A stretch of 64,000 bases of DNA from Acidobacteriota bacterium (GTDB lineage: Bacteria > Acidobacteriota > Vicinamibacteria > Vicinamibacterales > CAVVIG01): contig JAYTXA010000055.1 in the NCBI GenBank assembly GCA_043743165.1, forward strand, positions 11,123 through 75,122, read 5' to 3'. Shown piece by piece: positions 40,579 through 50,652 of the stretch. The stretch's first letter is position 1. Each line of letters starts with the position of its first letter. A program made the translations under genes and the position numbers. The notes beneath the pieces are model-generated. The model worked only from the letters and a program-made list of their open reading frames with translations. It did no database searches and was not told the origin of the DNA.

Positions 40579-41757
40579 TCAGGAACGCCGTGCCACTGCG
40601 TCGGCCAGTTGCTCGAAGTCGGCCAGCTCGTTGTACACCTGCGCCGAGACCCGCAGGTGGACACGGCCCCGCCAGGCATGCACTTTCACCTCGATGTGCT
40701 CGTCGAGCAGCAACCGGTCGCGCAGCACGGAGGCGTCTGCCGCGGTGCTCCCGGCGTGGGCGGGGGCCATCACCGTCACCATGGCGCCGAGCAGTTCGCG
40801 CGGCGTGTCGAGCGGGGTGCCCCAGCGCCTGGCGAGCAGGCTCGCGCCGTTCCATGCCAGTTCGTGCATGTAGGCGTGCATGGCGGGCAAGCCACCGAGC
40901 GCCTCGATGAACGCGAATGCCGCAGGAGCGGCGAGGTGCGCCGACGGATCGCGCGTGCCGACGAGGTCGAACTCGGTGGTGTAACCCTGGTCGAGCCCCC
41001 ACGAGATGACCGGCGCGTGCGTCATCGCCTGCCGTTCCGGTGACGTCCACAGGAAGCCGCTGCTGCGCGGCACCAACGCCCACTTGTGCAGGTTTGCGGT
41101 GTACCAATCGCAGCCGAGCGACGGCACGTCGAGCGCGATCGACCCTGGCGCGTGCGCGCCGTCAGCAAGCACCGCGACGCCCAGGCGACGCAACCGCGCC
41201 GCGATATCCGCCAGTGGCAGCACCAGCGCCGAGTCGGCCGTGATGTGGTCGACGACCGCAAGCCTGGTGCGCGGTCCGACCGCCCGCTCGAACGCCTCGG
41301 CAAGGGTGCCGGCGCGAAACGGTGGCTCGAGCACGACGGTGCGTACGACCGCGCCCCGTTCACGCGCGGCATATACCGCGGCGTTCGTCACGCCGCCGTA
41401 GCCGAGATCGCTGACCAGCAGTTCGTCGCCAGGCTCGAACAGGAACGAGCGCAGCACCGCATTGGCGCCAGTGGTGGCGTTGTCCACGAAGGCGACATCG
41501 TTGCCGTCAGCGTGCACGAAGGCGCCGACGGCATCCGCCGCGACGCGCATGCGCGGCCGGCCGCCGCCCGGATAGCCGGCTGAAATGGCGGCGAGCTCGC
41601 GCAGCAGGAATCGGCTCGGCTGACGCTCGACGTCGTCCTGTATGGCGCGCTGCGCCTCGAGGACGCGACGGGGGGTCGCGCCGACCGTGCCGTGATTCAG
41701 ATAGGTGATGGCGGGGTCGAGCAGCCACTCGCCCCGAAGCGTGCGACCGAAGGTCAT
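40579..41757 (-). CDS. Class V PLP-dependent enzyme (isopenicillin N epimerase/EgtE-like)
   Basis: YLNHGTVGA, DGAH, ANLHKW, GTRD. Confidence 0.9.
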   Translation of the reverse strand: MTFGRTLRGEWLLDPAITYLNHGTVGATPRRVLEAQRAIQDDVERQPSRFLLRELAAISAGYPGGGRPRMRVAADAVGAFVHADGNDVAFVDNATTGANAVLRSFLFEPGDELLVSDLGYGGVTNAAVYAARERGAVVRTVVLEPPFRAGTLAEAFERAVGPRTRLAVVDHITADSALVLPLADIAARLRRLGVAVLADGAHAPGSIALDVPSLGCDWYTANLHKWALVPRSSGFLWTSPERQAMTHAPVISWGLDQGYTTEFDLVGTRDPSAHLAAPAAFAFIEALGGLPAMHAYMHELAWNGASLLARRWGTPLDTPRELLGAMVTVMAPAHAGSTAADASVLRDRLLLDEHIEVKVHAWRGRVHLRVSAQVYNELADFEQLADAVARRS

Positions 41758-42185
41758 CGGGCCAGGGCGCTGACCTGGATGACGATATCGAGGTTGTTCC
41801 GCTCATCGACGCGGCGGTAGTCGACACTCTTCGCCAGCGTCTTCATGATGTGCACGCCCAGTCCACCGATGCGGCGCTGCTCGATCGGCAGGTCGAAGCG
41901 TGGCACAGGCGCATCGAGCGGGTTGTACGCCACACCGTCATCGTCGATATGAATGGCCAGCAGGTCGCCGTCCAGCGCGAGCGCGACATTGATTGCGTGG
42001 TCCCGGGTGTCCTCGTAGCCGTGGACGATGACGTTGATCACCGCCTCGTCGAGCACCAGCCGGACGTTGAACATGTCCTCTTCCGAGATGCCGTGCAACT
42101 GGCAGAATCCCTCGAGAAGCGTGAACATGCGGGCAATTTCACTGCGCTGATTGCGCAGCGTGAAGTGCAGTGCGGACGGACTCAT
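41754..42185 (-). CDS. RsbW-like anti-sigma factor/ATP-binding protein
   Basis: LVLDEAVINVIVHGY, DDGVAYNPL, GGLGVHI. Confidence 0.88.
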   Translation of the reverse strand: MSPSALHFTLRNQRSEIARMFTLLEGFCQLHGISEEDMFNVRLVLDEAVINVIVHGYEDTRDHAINVALALDGDLLAIHIDDDGVAYNPLDAPVPRFDLPIEQRRIGGLGVHIMKTLAKSVDYRRVDERNNLDIVIQVSALAR

Positions 42186-42381
42186 GCGCTGGGGTCACCC
42201 TGGCGTGTACCCGCACCGTGCGGGACACAACCGCAGGAATCTTCCGCTGTGGCACTCCGGGTGTCAACAGGCTGGGCTTGGTCCCCCCTCGCGCGGCATG
42301 CCCGGCCGTCCCTCCTGCCACCCGGCGACGACCGTGTCGCCAGCCCGAGCCGATGTGGTTGAATGGAGTGTTCGACGACTC

Positions 42382-43368
42382 ATGCCTGCCAGCAGCACCC
42401 CCCTTCGGCTCGCGTTCCTCGGTTGCGGGTTCATCACCCGTGTCCACAGCGGACACCTGCGTGCGCTGCGTCCGCTCATTCGGCCGAGCTTCGCGAGCCG
42501 CCATCTGGCCAGGGCCGAGGACTACCGGCGGCGGTTCGGCGGCGACCGCGCGTTCGCCAGTTACGATGCGGCCATCGCCGATCCGGCCATCGACGCCGTG
42601 GTGGTGGCGGTGCCGCCGAAGTATCACCTCGAATTGACTCTGCGCGCGCTCGACGCCGGCAAGCACGTGCTGGTCGAGAAGCCGGCCTTCCCGACCATGG
42701 CCGACTTCGAGACCGTGCGCGCGGCGCAGCAGCGCACCGGCCGCGTCATCGTGGTCGGTGAGAACGACCACTACAAGCCGTTGGCGGTCACGCTGCGGCG
42801 ACTGCTGGCCGACGATGCCATCGGCGAGATGGTGTTCCTGCAGTTGACGACCGTCGCCCACAGGCTGAAGAACGCCGACGACTGGCGCAACGACGAGTCG
42901 ATGGCCGGCGGCGACGCATTCTTCGAGGAAGGGATCCACTGGCTGCACATCGCCGGCAGCCTCGGACCGACGATCACGTCGATCCAGGGCTACCGTCCTT
43001 CCATCTCGCGCACCGGACCGGACCGGCGCAACAAGAGCATGATGGTAGCCTTCAGGTACGACAACGACGCGGTCGGCACCATCTACTACTCGCGCGAGAT
43101 CCCGTCGCTGTTCCGTGGGCTGCGGGTCTCGACAATCATGGGACGTGCGGGCTCGATTGCATTCGAATCGAACGGCCTGTTCGTCTTCGTTCACGGCAAA
43201 CGGCACTCGTTCGAAGTGCCCGGACTGCTGCGCGATCTCCGCGGCTACCAGGCGATGTATCGCGACTTCGCCACCGCCATCACCACCGGCGCCACGCCCG
43301 GCATGAGCCTCGAGCGTGCCATCGACGACCAGCGGCTCATGGATCGGATCTATGCCAGCCTCGGGTAA
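42382..43368 (+). CDS. Gfo/Idh/MocA oxidoreductase
   Basis: LGCGFI, AGKHVLVEKP. Confidence 0.9.
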   Translation: MPASSTPLRLAFLGCGFITRVHSGHLRALRPLIRPSFASRHLARAEDYRRRFGGDRAFASYDAAIADPAIDAVVVAVPPKYHLELTLRALDAGKHVLVEKPAFPTMADFETVRAAQQRTGRVIVVGENDHYKPLAVTLRRLLADDAIGEMVFLQLTTVAHRLKNADDWRNDESMAGGDAFFEEGIHWLHIAGSLGPTITSIQGYRPSISRTGPDRRNKSMMVAFRYDNDAVGTIYYSREIPSLFRGLRVSTIMGRAGSIAFESNGLFVFVHGKRHSFEVPGLLRDLRGYQAMYRDFATAITTGATPGMSLERAIDDQRLMDRIYASLG

Positions 43369-44893
43369 GCCGCGTTCGCCCCGGTTCGACGCCTACGACA
43401 TCATCGTCATCGGCAGCGGCGCAGGGGGCGGCACGCTGACACGCGCGCTCGCCGACACCGGTGCGCGCATCCTCCTCCTCGAACGGGGCGACTTCGTGCC
43501 GTCCGAGCCCGAGAACTGGGATCCGGAGCAGGTGTGGAAGTTCCTGCGCTACCGCGCGGTCGACCGCTGGCTGGACGAGAACGGCGAGACATTCCGGCCC
43601 TACACGCATTACAACGTCGGCGGCAACACGAAGTTCTGGGGCAGCGTCCTCTACCGCCTGCGGCGCCACGACTTCGGCCAGGTGCAGCACGCTGAAGGCG
43701 TCTCGCCGGCGTGGCCGATCACCTACGACACGCTCGAGCCGTACTACGAGCGCGCCGAGCAGATGTATCAGGTGCACGGCGAGGTCGGGCACGATCCGAC
43801 CGAAGGCACGCGTGGACCGTATCCGCAGCAGCCAATCCCGCACGCGGCCGGCATGTCGGCGCTGGTCGAGCGCATGCGCGGCATGGGCCTGCACCCGTCG
43901 CCGCTGCCGCTCGGGCTGATCGAACCCGGCAACGAGGGCGGCTGCGTTCTGTGCAACACCTGCAACTCGTTCCCCTGCCGTCTGCGCAAGAAGAGCGACG
44001 CCGAGATGTGCGCCGTGCGGCCGGCTACGGCGTTCGACAACGTCGAACTGCTGACGAACGCCTACGCACGACGCCTGCTCACCGACGCCAGCGGACGCCG
44101 CGTCGAAGCGGTGGAGGTGGAGCACGCCGGCGAGGTCAAGACCCTGCGCGCCCCGCTCATCGTCTCGTCGTGTGGCGCCGTTCACTCGGCGGCGCTGTTG
44201 CTGCGCTCGAAAACCGACGTGCACCCGAACGGGCTGGCGAACTCGTCCGACCTGGTGGGCCGCCGTTACATGGCGCACCTGGCGACGATGATGCAGGGGT
44301 TCCATCCGCTGCGGACGAACCACGACGTCTTCCAGAAGACCGTTGCCATCAACGACTTCTACTTTGCCGGGCCGAACACGCCCTTTCCGCTCGGCCAGAT
44401 CCAGTCGCAGGGGCGGACGCACGGTGTGATGGCGCAGATCGTCGTGCCGCGGATTCCGCTGTGGGCCTACAAGGCGTGGGTGGCGCGGGGCGTCGACTGG
44501 CTGGTCATGTCCGAAGACCTGCCGAGCCCGGACAACCGCGTGACGGTGGAACGCGACGGGCGCATCCGCCTGGCGTACGCGCCGAACAACGAACCGGCGC
44601 ACGACGAACTGGTGCGCCGCTTCACCAGGATCCTGCGCGAGCTCGGCTTCTGGAAAGTGATGGCCTATTCGCACCGGAAACAAAACACCACGCATCAGTG
44701 CGGGACACTGGTCTTCGGCAACGATCCGAAGACGTCGGTGCTCGATCCGTTCTGCCGCACGCACGACATCGACAACCTCTTCGTCGTCGATGCATCATTC
44801 TTCCCGTCGTCGGCAGCGGTGAACCCCGGGCTGACGATCGTGGCGCAGGCGCTGCGGGTGGCGGACCATATACGCGGCGCTTACTTTCGATGA
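43352..44893 (+). CDS. GMC family oxidoreductase
   Basis: IGSGAGGG, CVLCNTCNSFPC, HQCGT, VVDASFFPS, NPGLT. Confidence 0.92.
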   Translation: MPASGKPRSPRFDAYDIIVIGSGAGGGTLTRALADTGARILLLERGDFVPSEPENWDPEQVWKFLRYRAVDRWLDENGETFRPYTHYNVGGNTKFWGSVLYRLRRHDFGQVQHAEGVSPAWPITYDTLEPYYERAEQMYQVHGEVGHDPTEGTRGPYPQQPIPHAAGMSALVERMRGMGLHPSPLPLGLIEPGNEGGCVLCNTCNSFPCRLRKKSDAEMCAVRPATAFDNVELLTNAYARRLLTDASGRRVEAVEVEHAGEVKTLRAPLIVSSCGAVHSAALLLRSKTDVHPNGLANSSDLVGRRYMAHLATMMQGFHPLRTNHDVFQKTVAINDFYFAGPNTPFPLGQIQSQGRTHGVMAQIVVPRIPLWAYKAWVARGVDWLVMSEDLPSPDNRVTVERDGRIRLAYAPNNEPAHDELVRRFTRILRELGFWKVMAYSHRKQNTTHQCGTLVFGNDPKTSVLDPFCRTHDIDNLFVVDASFFPSSAAVNPGLTIVAQALRVADHIRGAYFR

Positions 44894-44903
44894 CGCCGCG
44901 GCT

Positions 44904-45008
44904 TCAGGCTCTGGGCTCTGGGCTCTGAGCTCTGGGCTCTGGGACCAGTCGATGTCGGGCCAGAAGCTGACGCCGCCTGGAGCCAGGAGCCCGAAGCCGG
45001 GAGCCTGA
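44904..45008. repeat. Inverted heptamer tandem arrays
   Basis: (GCTCTGG) about 5 times, then degenerate (GAGCCNG)n in the opposite orientation. Confidence 0.6.
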
Positions 45009-45042
45009 ACCGGCGTTCACGACTCACGATGCGAGGTATCCA

Positions 45043-45558
45043 GTGAAAGCACGTTCTTTGAGCCACATCGGCATCACCGTCTCCGACTTCAACACCGCGG
45101 TGAAGTTCTACGCCGACGTGTTCGGCTGTCCGCTGGTGGGCGTCTCGGACGCACCGCCCGACCGCGTGCGCAGCTTCTTCGGCGTCGACGGCCCGGCACC
45201 GGCCTGCAAGATCGGCTGGGTGCGCACGCCGGGCGGCGGCATCCTCGAGATTTTTGCATTCGAGCCGAAGCTGCCGCGCGAGACGACGATTCCGTGGAAT
45301 CGGACCGGCATCACGCACTACTCGTTCAACGTGCGCAATTGCCAGAAGTGGTACGACCACCTGCAGAGCAAGGGGGTTGAGTGCGTGTCGAAGCCGGAGC
45401 AGTCGCCGCGCGGTCACTGGTTCTTCTTCGCGAAGGACATGGACGGCAACCTGATCGAGATGATCGATCTGAAGGGGATGCACTGGATCCTGCAGTGGGG
45501 CGGGGCGCTCGGCGGCTTCCTGTTCCGGCGCGGGCGGTATAAGCAGTATTACGAGTAG
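45043..45558 (+). CDS. VOC/glyoxalase family protein
   Basis: HIGITVSD...FY, LEIF, THYSF, KDMDGNLIE. Confidence 0.9.
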   Translation: MKARSLSHIGITVSDFNTAVKFYADVFGCPLVGVSDAPPDRVRSFFGVDGPAPACKIGWVRTPGGGILEIFAFEPKLPRETTIPWNRTGITHYSFNVRNCQKWYDHLQSKGVECVSKPEQSPRGHWFFFAKDMDGNLIEMIDLKGMHWILQWGGALGGFLFRRGRYKQYYE

Positions 45559-45660
45559 GGCAGGGAGGGCGGGTGAGGCAGGTGGGACTAGGGTCCGGCT
45601 GAAGCCGGACACTACGCGACGGGCTCCCGACCTGCCCGACCTGCCCTTCCCGCCCTCCCC
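45557..45660. repeat. REP (45593-45615) nested in an imperfect G-rich/C-rich inverted repeat between convergent genes
   Basis: GTCCGGCTGAAGCCGGACACTAC flanked by GGGAGGGCGGG... and ...CCCGCCCTCCC. Confidence 0.65.
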
Positions 45661-45661
45661 G

Positions 45662-46189
45662 TCACCGTCTCAACGTGAAGCCGGTGAGCATGCTGACGCG
45701 CATCCCCTGCTTCGAAGGGACCACGGCGAAGTTCATCGGGATATTCAGGACACCGGCCCGGAACGTGACACCCGCGGCCATCGCCAGCGCGACGCCGGCG
45801 GGCGAGATGTTCGGCCCGATGCCGAACTCGGCGCCGTCGCGAGTGCGCAAGCCCACCAGCCAGTTCAGGCTGGGCAGCAGCAACCCCTGGTCGAGCCCAC
45901 CCGCCAGCAGCACCCACTCGTTCAGCACCGACGGTCCGCTTTCCTTGCTGTAGAACTGTTTCTCGAACTGCCAGCCGAACTGCGAAATCCCGTTCTTCAC
46001 CTCGATGTTCTCGTCTCTGAGCCTGGCGACAACCCCGTCGCTGAGGAAGGTGAAGCCGAACCGAGGCCCGGCCAGGCTGACGGTCCTGGCCAGGGGCGGC
46101 GCCACCTGGGTGTTCGAGGATGTGACCGGTTGCGCACAGAGCGGCGCGGCGGCGAGAGCGAGCATGCACGTGAGAAACAGGGACTTCAT
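45662..46189 (-). CDS. Secreted hypothetical protein, probable outer-membrane beta-strand protein
   Basis: AGGAGG RBS; signal peptide; amphipathic strands. Confidence 0.75.
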   Translation of the reverse strand: MKSLFLTCMLALAAAPLCAQPVTSSNTQVAPPLARTVSLAGPRFGFTFLSDGVVARLRDENIEVKNGISQFGWQFEKQFYSKESGPSVLNEWVLLAGGLDQGLLLPSLNWLVGLRTRDGAEFGIGPNISPAGVALAMAAGVTFRAGVLNIPMNFAVVPSKQGMRVSMLTGFTLRR

Positions 46190-46268
46190 AGCAACCTCCT
46201 GCCTTCACGGTAGGACGCCGAGGTGTGGCGAGTCCTTCGAGCGCGGCTGAAAAAGCCTGAAGCCGCGT

Positions 46269-47717
46269 TCAGGCCGCCCGCATCGACAGGCGACCGAGTG
46301 CCGGCGCCCAGCGCGGCGAACCGTCGACCCGCAGGAGCGGCTCGAGCGGCAACAGCCACAGTGCGCTGCCGTCGCCTGCCGATGCCAGGGCGTCGTCCAC
46401 GATTCGGCCGGCGTCGTCCGGCCGCCCGGCAAGCGAGGCGACGATCGCCCGTGCCATGGCGAGTTCGGGCACCGGGAGACGTGCCGCCGCCGGCGCAGCG
46501 AGCAGCGCGCCCCGATCCGTCACTGTCGCGCCGCGGAGGGCAGCCGAGGCGGCGTGGGCCGAGGGATGGAGCGGTACGCGCGCAATGGTTTCGTCGAACG
46601 CGGCCAGCGCCCCGTCCAGGTCGCCCTGCCGCACCCGCACCGCCCCGACGGCGTACCACGCGTTCGCGCAGCACTCACGGGCGTAGAGCTGTCCGCCCTG
46701 CTCACCGGCCAGTTCGCGCGCGAAGTCGGACAGCGCCCCGGCCTCGTCGCCGCGCGCCAGGAGGATGAGGCCGCGCAGCCAGTGGAGCGCCACGCCGCCG
46801 AACCGCGCACGGTCCGCGTGATTCGCCTCGGCGGCAATGCCCGCCGTCAGTTCGCGCTCGGCGTCATCGAAGGCCTGACGAGCCACGTGCACCGTGGCCG
46901 CCAGCCAGTGTGCCAGCGGGAAACCCGGAAGCAGCGCGAGGGTGCGCCGCGCCTCGCGCAGCCGTTCCTCGCCCCAGCTGACGTAGCCCAGGCGCAGATG
47001 ATGGCGCCAGTTGTCGGGTTCGAGCGCGACGGCCATGCGCGAGGCCGCCAGCGCATCGGCGCGGTGCCCCGTGCGGTCGAGTACGAAACCGAGCGTCGCC
47101 CAGGCCTCGCCGTAGCGAGGGTCGAGGCGGCACGCCTCTCGTGCGTGATCGGCGGCAAGCGCCAGCGCTGCAGTGTCCGGCGCCAGCTCGGACCGCGTCA
47201 TCTCGAACTGCATCACCCCGGCGTTGGCCAGACCGACATGGGCCGACGCCTGGTCGGGCACCTGCCGCAACACACGTTCGAACACGTGACGTGCGTGCAC
47301 GATCTGCGAGCGCTCGAGCGTCTCGAGCGCGGCGCGTCCTTCGATCCAGGCGCGGTGCGGCGCCAGCAGGGCATCGAGCGCCTCGAGCGGCTCACGCCGT
47401 TCGGCGCGGCGCACCTCGGCGGTAAACCGGTAGCCTCGCCTGGCCTGCGTCTCGATGTAGGCTGCACCATCAGGCTGGCCAAGCATCCGTCGAAGCGAGG
47501 AGATGGCCTGCTCGAGGCTGTTGTCCGTTACCGCGATGCCTTGCCACGCGGCGTCGATGAGCGCATCCTTCGACAGCAACTGGCCGGCGTGCGTCGCCAG
47601 CAGGACCAGCAGGTCGAACTGGCGCGCTGTGACGGCCACCGGGGCGCCGTCCCGGGTCAGCCGACGCGAGGCAACATCGAGCTGGTAGGCTCCGAACAGC
47701 AGCAGGTCGGCAGGCAC
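46269..47717 (-). CDS. Winged-helix (CadC/OmpR-type) plus TPR regulator
   Basis: RQFDLLVLL...SKDALIDAAW...SLEQAISSLRR...RRGYRF; TPR repeats. Confidence 0.88.
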   Translation of the reverse strand: MPADLLLFGAYQLDVASRRLTRDGAPVAVTARQFDLLVLLATHAGQLLSKDALIDAAWQGIAVTDNSLEQAISSLRRMLGQPDGAAYIETQARRGYRFTAEVRRAERREPLEALDALLAPHRAWIEGRAALETLERSQIVHARHVFERVLRQVPDQASAHVGLANAGVMQFEMTRSELAPDTAALALAADHAREACRLDPRYGEAWATLGFVLDRTGHRADALAASRMAVALEPDNWRHHLRLGYVSWGEERLREARRTLALLPGFPLAHWLAATVHVARQAFDDAERELTAGIAAEANHADRARFGGVALHWLRGLILLARGDEAGALSDFARELAGEQGGQLYARECCANAWYAVGAVRVRQGDLDGALAAFDETIARVPLHPSAHAASAALRGATVTDRGALLAAPAAARLPVPELAMARAIVASLAGRPDDAGRIVDDALASAGDGSALWLLPLEPLLRVDGSPRWAPALGRLSMRAA

Positions 47718-47718
47718 G

Positions 47719-48810
47719 TTACTGCGTCACCGCCCTGCCGTCGATGATCTCGTAGATGCGCCGCACCGCCGCCAGCGACGGCGTCACCCCTTGCCCGTAG
47801 GCGGCGGCGAACGCGTTCAGATCGAGCCGCTTGAGCGCATCGTCCGGAGACACGCCCTGCTGCTTCGCCGCAGACACCTGGCGCCACTCCTCGCGCAGAT
47901 AGCCCTGCATGCTGGTGATGGCTGTTTCCACCGCCGGGCGCCCCTGGATGTGGTCGCCGTGCCCCGGCAGCACCAGCTCGATGTCGAGCTGCTTCAAGGC
48001 GTCGAGCGTGGCGGGATGGTCGTTCGGGAACGCGTCGCCCTGCCAGCCGACCGTGGCCTTGAACAGGATGTCGCCAGTCGCCGCAGCCTTTTCTGAGGGC
48101 ACGTAGACGATGACGTCGCCGGCCGTGTGGGCGCGGCCGATCCACATGATGCGGAACTCCTTGCTGCCCGACCAGACCGACATGGTGCCGGACACCGTCA
48201 GCCCAGGGGCCCGCAGCGGGAAGTTGCCGGTGTAGACGGCGAGCGACGCTTCGGCGGCGGCCAGTTGCTGTTGCAGCGTCGCCTTCTTCGTGGCGTCGGC
48301 TTCAGCGGCCACCTGCGTCTTCAGGGCGGCAATGCGGCCTGGCATCGGGTCGGTGAAATTTTTGAACGTCACCCCCTGGCGCGCCTCGGGGCTGAGCAGC
48401 ATCTTCCGCGTGAAGTCGCTGCCGATCACCTGCACGCTGGGCGGCAGTGCCGCGTTGCCGTACGCGTGATCGATGTGGAAATGGGTGTCGACGAGGTAGG
48501 TCACCGGCTTGTCGGTGATCGACTTCACCCCTTCCAGCAGTGAGCGCGCCGACGCCGGCGACCCTTCCGAGTCGGTGACCAGCACGTCGGTGTCGTTCAC
48601 GAAGACCCAGCTTGTGGAGTTGATGCCAGGCGTGCCAGGGGCGTCAGCCCGGTAGATGCTGTCCGTGATCTTCGTCATCCGGTGACGCACCGTCGCGCCC
48701 TGCGCTGACGCCGGCTGGCCCGGCACGAACCACACCGCCATGCCGCCGCCCGCGATCAGCGCGGCGAGCACGCCCAGGCGCACGCGCCCCTTGTCTGCCG
48801 TCATCGTCAT
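47719..48810 (-). CDS. Secreted MBL-fold metallohydrolase
   Basis: THFHIDH, AHTAGD, TGD, PGHG; GGAGGAG RBS. Confidence 0.88.
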   Translation of the reverse strand: MTMTADKGRVRLGVLAALIAGGGMAVWFVPGQPASAQGATVRHRMTKITDSIYRADAPGTPGINSTSWVFVNDTDVLVTDSEGSPASARSLLEGVKSITDKPVTYLVDTHFHIDHAYGNAALPPSVQVIGSDFTRKMLLSPEARQGVTFKNFTDPMPGRIAALKTQVAAEADATKKATLQQQLAAAEASLAVYTGNFPLRAPGLTVSGTMSVWSGSKEFRIMWIGRAHTAGDVIVYVPSEKAAATGDILFKATVGWQGDAFPNDHPATLDALKQLDIELVLPGHGDHIQGRPAVETAITSMQGYLREEWRQVSAAKQQGVSPDDALKRLDLNAFAAAYGQGVTPSLAAVRRIYEIIDGRAVTQ

Positions 48811-48943
48811 GTCCACTCCTCCTGTGAAGCCGACACGGTAGCACGGGCGCGGTAGGCACCCACCGCGCGAAGCACCGACATGCGTTCCAGGCGCACGGTC
48901 CTATCTTACGGAAGTTGCCGGGAGTTCCCGAGCCACACGTATC

Positions 48944-50629
48944 ATGGGGCGCGTGCCCATCCCCAGAATTCGCCGCGTGCCTGCCGCGCTCCTCGCCACC
49001 GTGATGGCCGCAGCGCTTGCGGCGGTTGTGTCCAACCGCCTCGCGGCCGCCGGCCTGGCCTTCACCTACACCGACGTCACGGCTCGCGCCGGCATTGCCT
49101 TCACCCACGAGAACGGTGCGGCCGGCTCGTTCTGGTATCCCGAACTGTTCGGCGGCGGTGTAGCGGTGCTCGACATCGACGGCGACGCAGCGCCGGACCT
49201 GCTGTTCGTGAACGGACGTTCGTGGAAGCCCGGCGCGACGAAGCCTGCGCATGCGTTGTACCGCAACAATCGTAACGGCACCTTTACCGACATCACACGG
49301 GGCAGCGGGTTCGACACGCTCGACGCCTACGCGCTCGGCGCAACGGTCGGCGATTTCGACAACGATGGCCGCGACGATGTGTTCGTCACGACGACGGAGG
49401 GCGGGCGCCTGCTGCGCAATGCGGGTGCAAACCGCTTCATCGACGTCACCGGGCGCGCAGGCATCAGGAACAGCACGTTCGCCGTGAGCGCGGCGTGGCT
49501 CGACTACGACAAGGACGGTCGACTCGACCTCTTCGTCGGCAACTACGTGCAGTGGTCGCCCGCAGCGGAAGCGGGTGTGCGCTGCACACAGAACGGCGTC
49601 CGCGGCTATTGCGGGCCTGACGCGTACACGCCGGTGGCGCCGAAGCTCTATCGCAACCTCGGCGATGGCCGCTTCGAGGATGTGTCGGTGCGCGCCGGGC
49701 TTGGGGACCCGAGCGACAAGGTGATGGGTGTGGCCGTGCTCGACTACAACGGCGACGGCTGGCCCGACCTGTTCGTCGGCAGCGACCGCGTGCCGGCGAA
49801 GCTCTATCGCAACGACGGCAAGGGACGCTTCGTCGATGACGCCGTACGGGCAGGCGTGGCCCTCAGCGAGAACGGCGTTGCCCGCGCGAACATGGGCGCT
49901 GACGCCGCCGACTACGATCGGTCCGGCCGCCCGCACCTCGTCGTCGGCAACTTCGTCAACGAGATGCTCGGGCTGTACCACAACGAGAACGGCACGCTGT
50001 TCAGGGACGTGGCGCCGCGCTCCGAGGTGGGACGTGCGAGCCTGCTGGCGGTTACGTGGGCCACGTTCTTTTTCGATGCCGACCTCGATGGCTGGCTCGA
50101 TATCTTCGCCGCCAATGGCGGCACCGACGAGTCGCAGGGGCGCGACGCGCGGGCGCGGATCAGCCAGGCGCCGCTGCTGCTGCGCAACCGCGGCACCGGC
50201 AGCTTCGAGAACATCACGTCCACGCTCAGCCCTGGCTTCACGAAGCCGGTGATGGGACGCGGCGCGGCGTATGTCGATTTCGATGCTGACGGCGATCTGG
50301 ACCTGGTGATGACGACGCTCGATGGGCCGGCGGTGCTGTTGCGGAACGACGGCGCCAACGCCAACCGGTGGCTGCGCGTCCGGGTGTCGGGCAGCACGTC
50401 GAACCGCAGCGGCATCGGCGCGGTGGTGAAGGTCACCAGCGCGTCAGGCACACAGACGCAGGTGGTGCGCAGCGGCTCGAGCTACGCGTCGCAGAGCGAG
50501 CTGGTGCTGACGTTCGGGCTCGGCAACGACGCGCAGGTGGCGAAGGTCGAGGTTACCTGGCCGTCTGGCAAGACGAAGACGGTGAGCACCATCGCCGCGA
50601 ACCAGGTGCTGTCGATCGCCGAGCCGTAG
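48944..50629 (+). CDS. CRTAC1 family protein (FG-GAP plus ASPIC/UnbV)
   Basis: DxDxDG repeats; NRSGIGA; GSSYASQS; FGLG. Confidence 0.9.
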   Translation: MGRVPIPRIRRVPAALLATVMAAALAAVVSNRLAAAGLAFTYTDVTARAGIAFTHENGAAGSFWYPELFGGGVAVLDIDGDAAPDLLFVNGRSWKPGATKPAHALYRNNRNGTFTDITRGSGFDTLDAYALGATVGDFDNDGRDDVFVTTTEGGRLLRNAGANRFIDVTGRAGIRNSTFAVSAAWLDYDKDGRLDLFVGNYVQWSPAAEAGVRCTQNGVRGYCGPDAYTPVAPKLYRNLGDGRFEDVSVRAGLGDPSDKVMGVAVLDYNGDGWPDLFVGSDRVPAKLYRNDGKGRFVDDAVRAGVALSENGVARANMGADAADYDRSGRPHLVVGNFVNEMLGLYHNENGTLFRDVAPRSEVGRASLLAVTWATFFFDADLDGWLDIFAANGGTDESQGRDARARISQAPLLLRNRGTGSFENITSTLSPGFTKPVMGRGAAYVDFDADGDLDLVMTTLDGPAVLLRNDGANANRWLRVRVSGSTSNRSGIGAVVKVTSASGTQTQVVRSGSSYASQSELVLTFGLGNDAQVAKVEVTWPSGKTKTVSTIAANQVLSIAEP

Positions 50630-50652
50630 GGCGGCGTGCGGCCAACGTCCAC

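Noticed and set aside
40579..41757. Beta-lactam or ergothioneine biosynthesis
   Set aside because: Only the general class V PLP family is supported; no pathway partners are adjacent.
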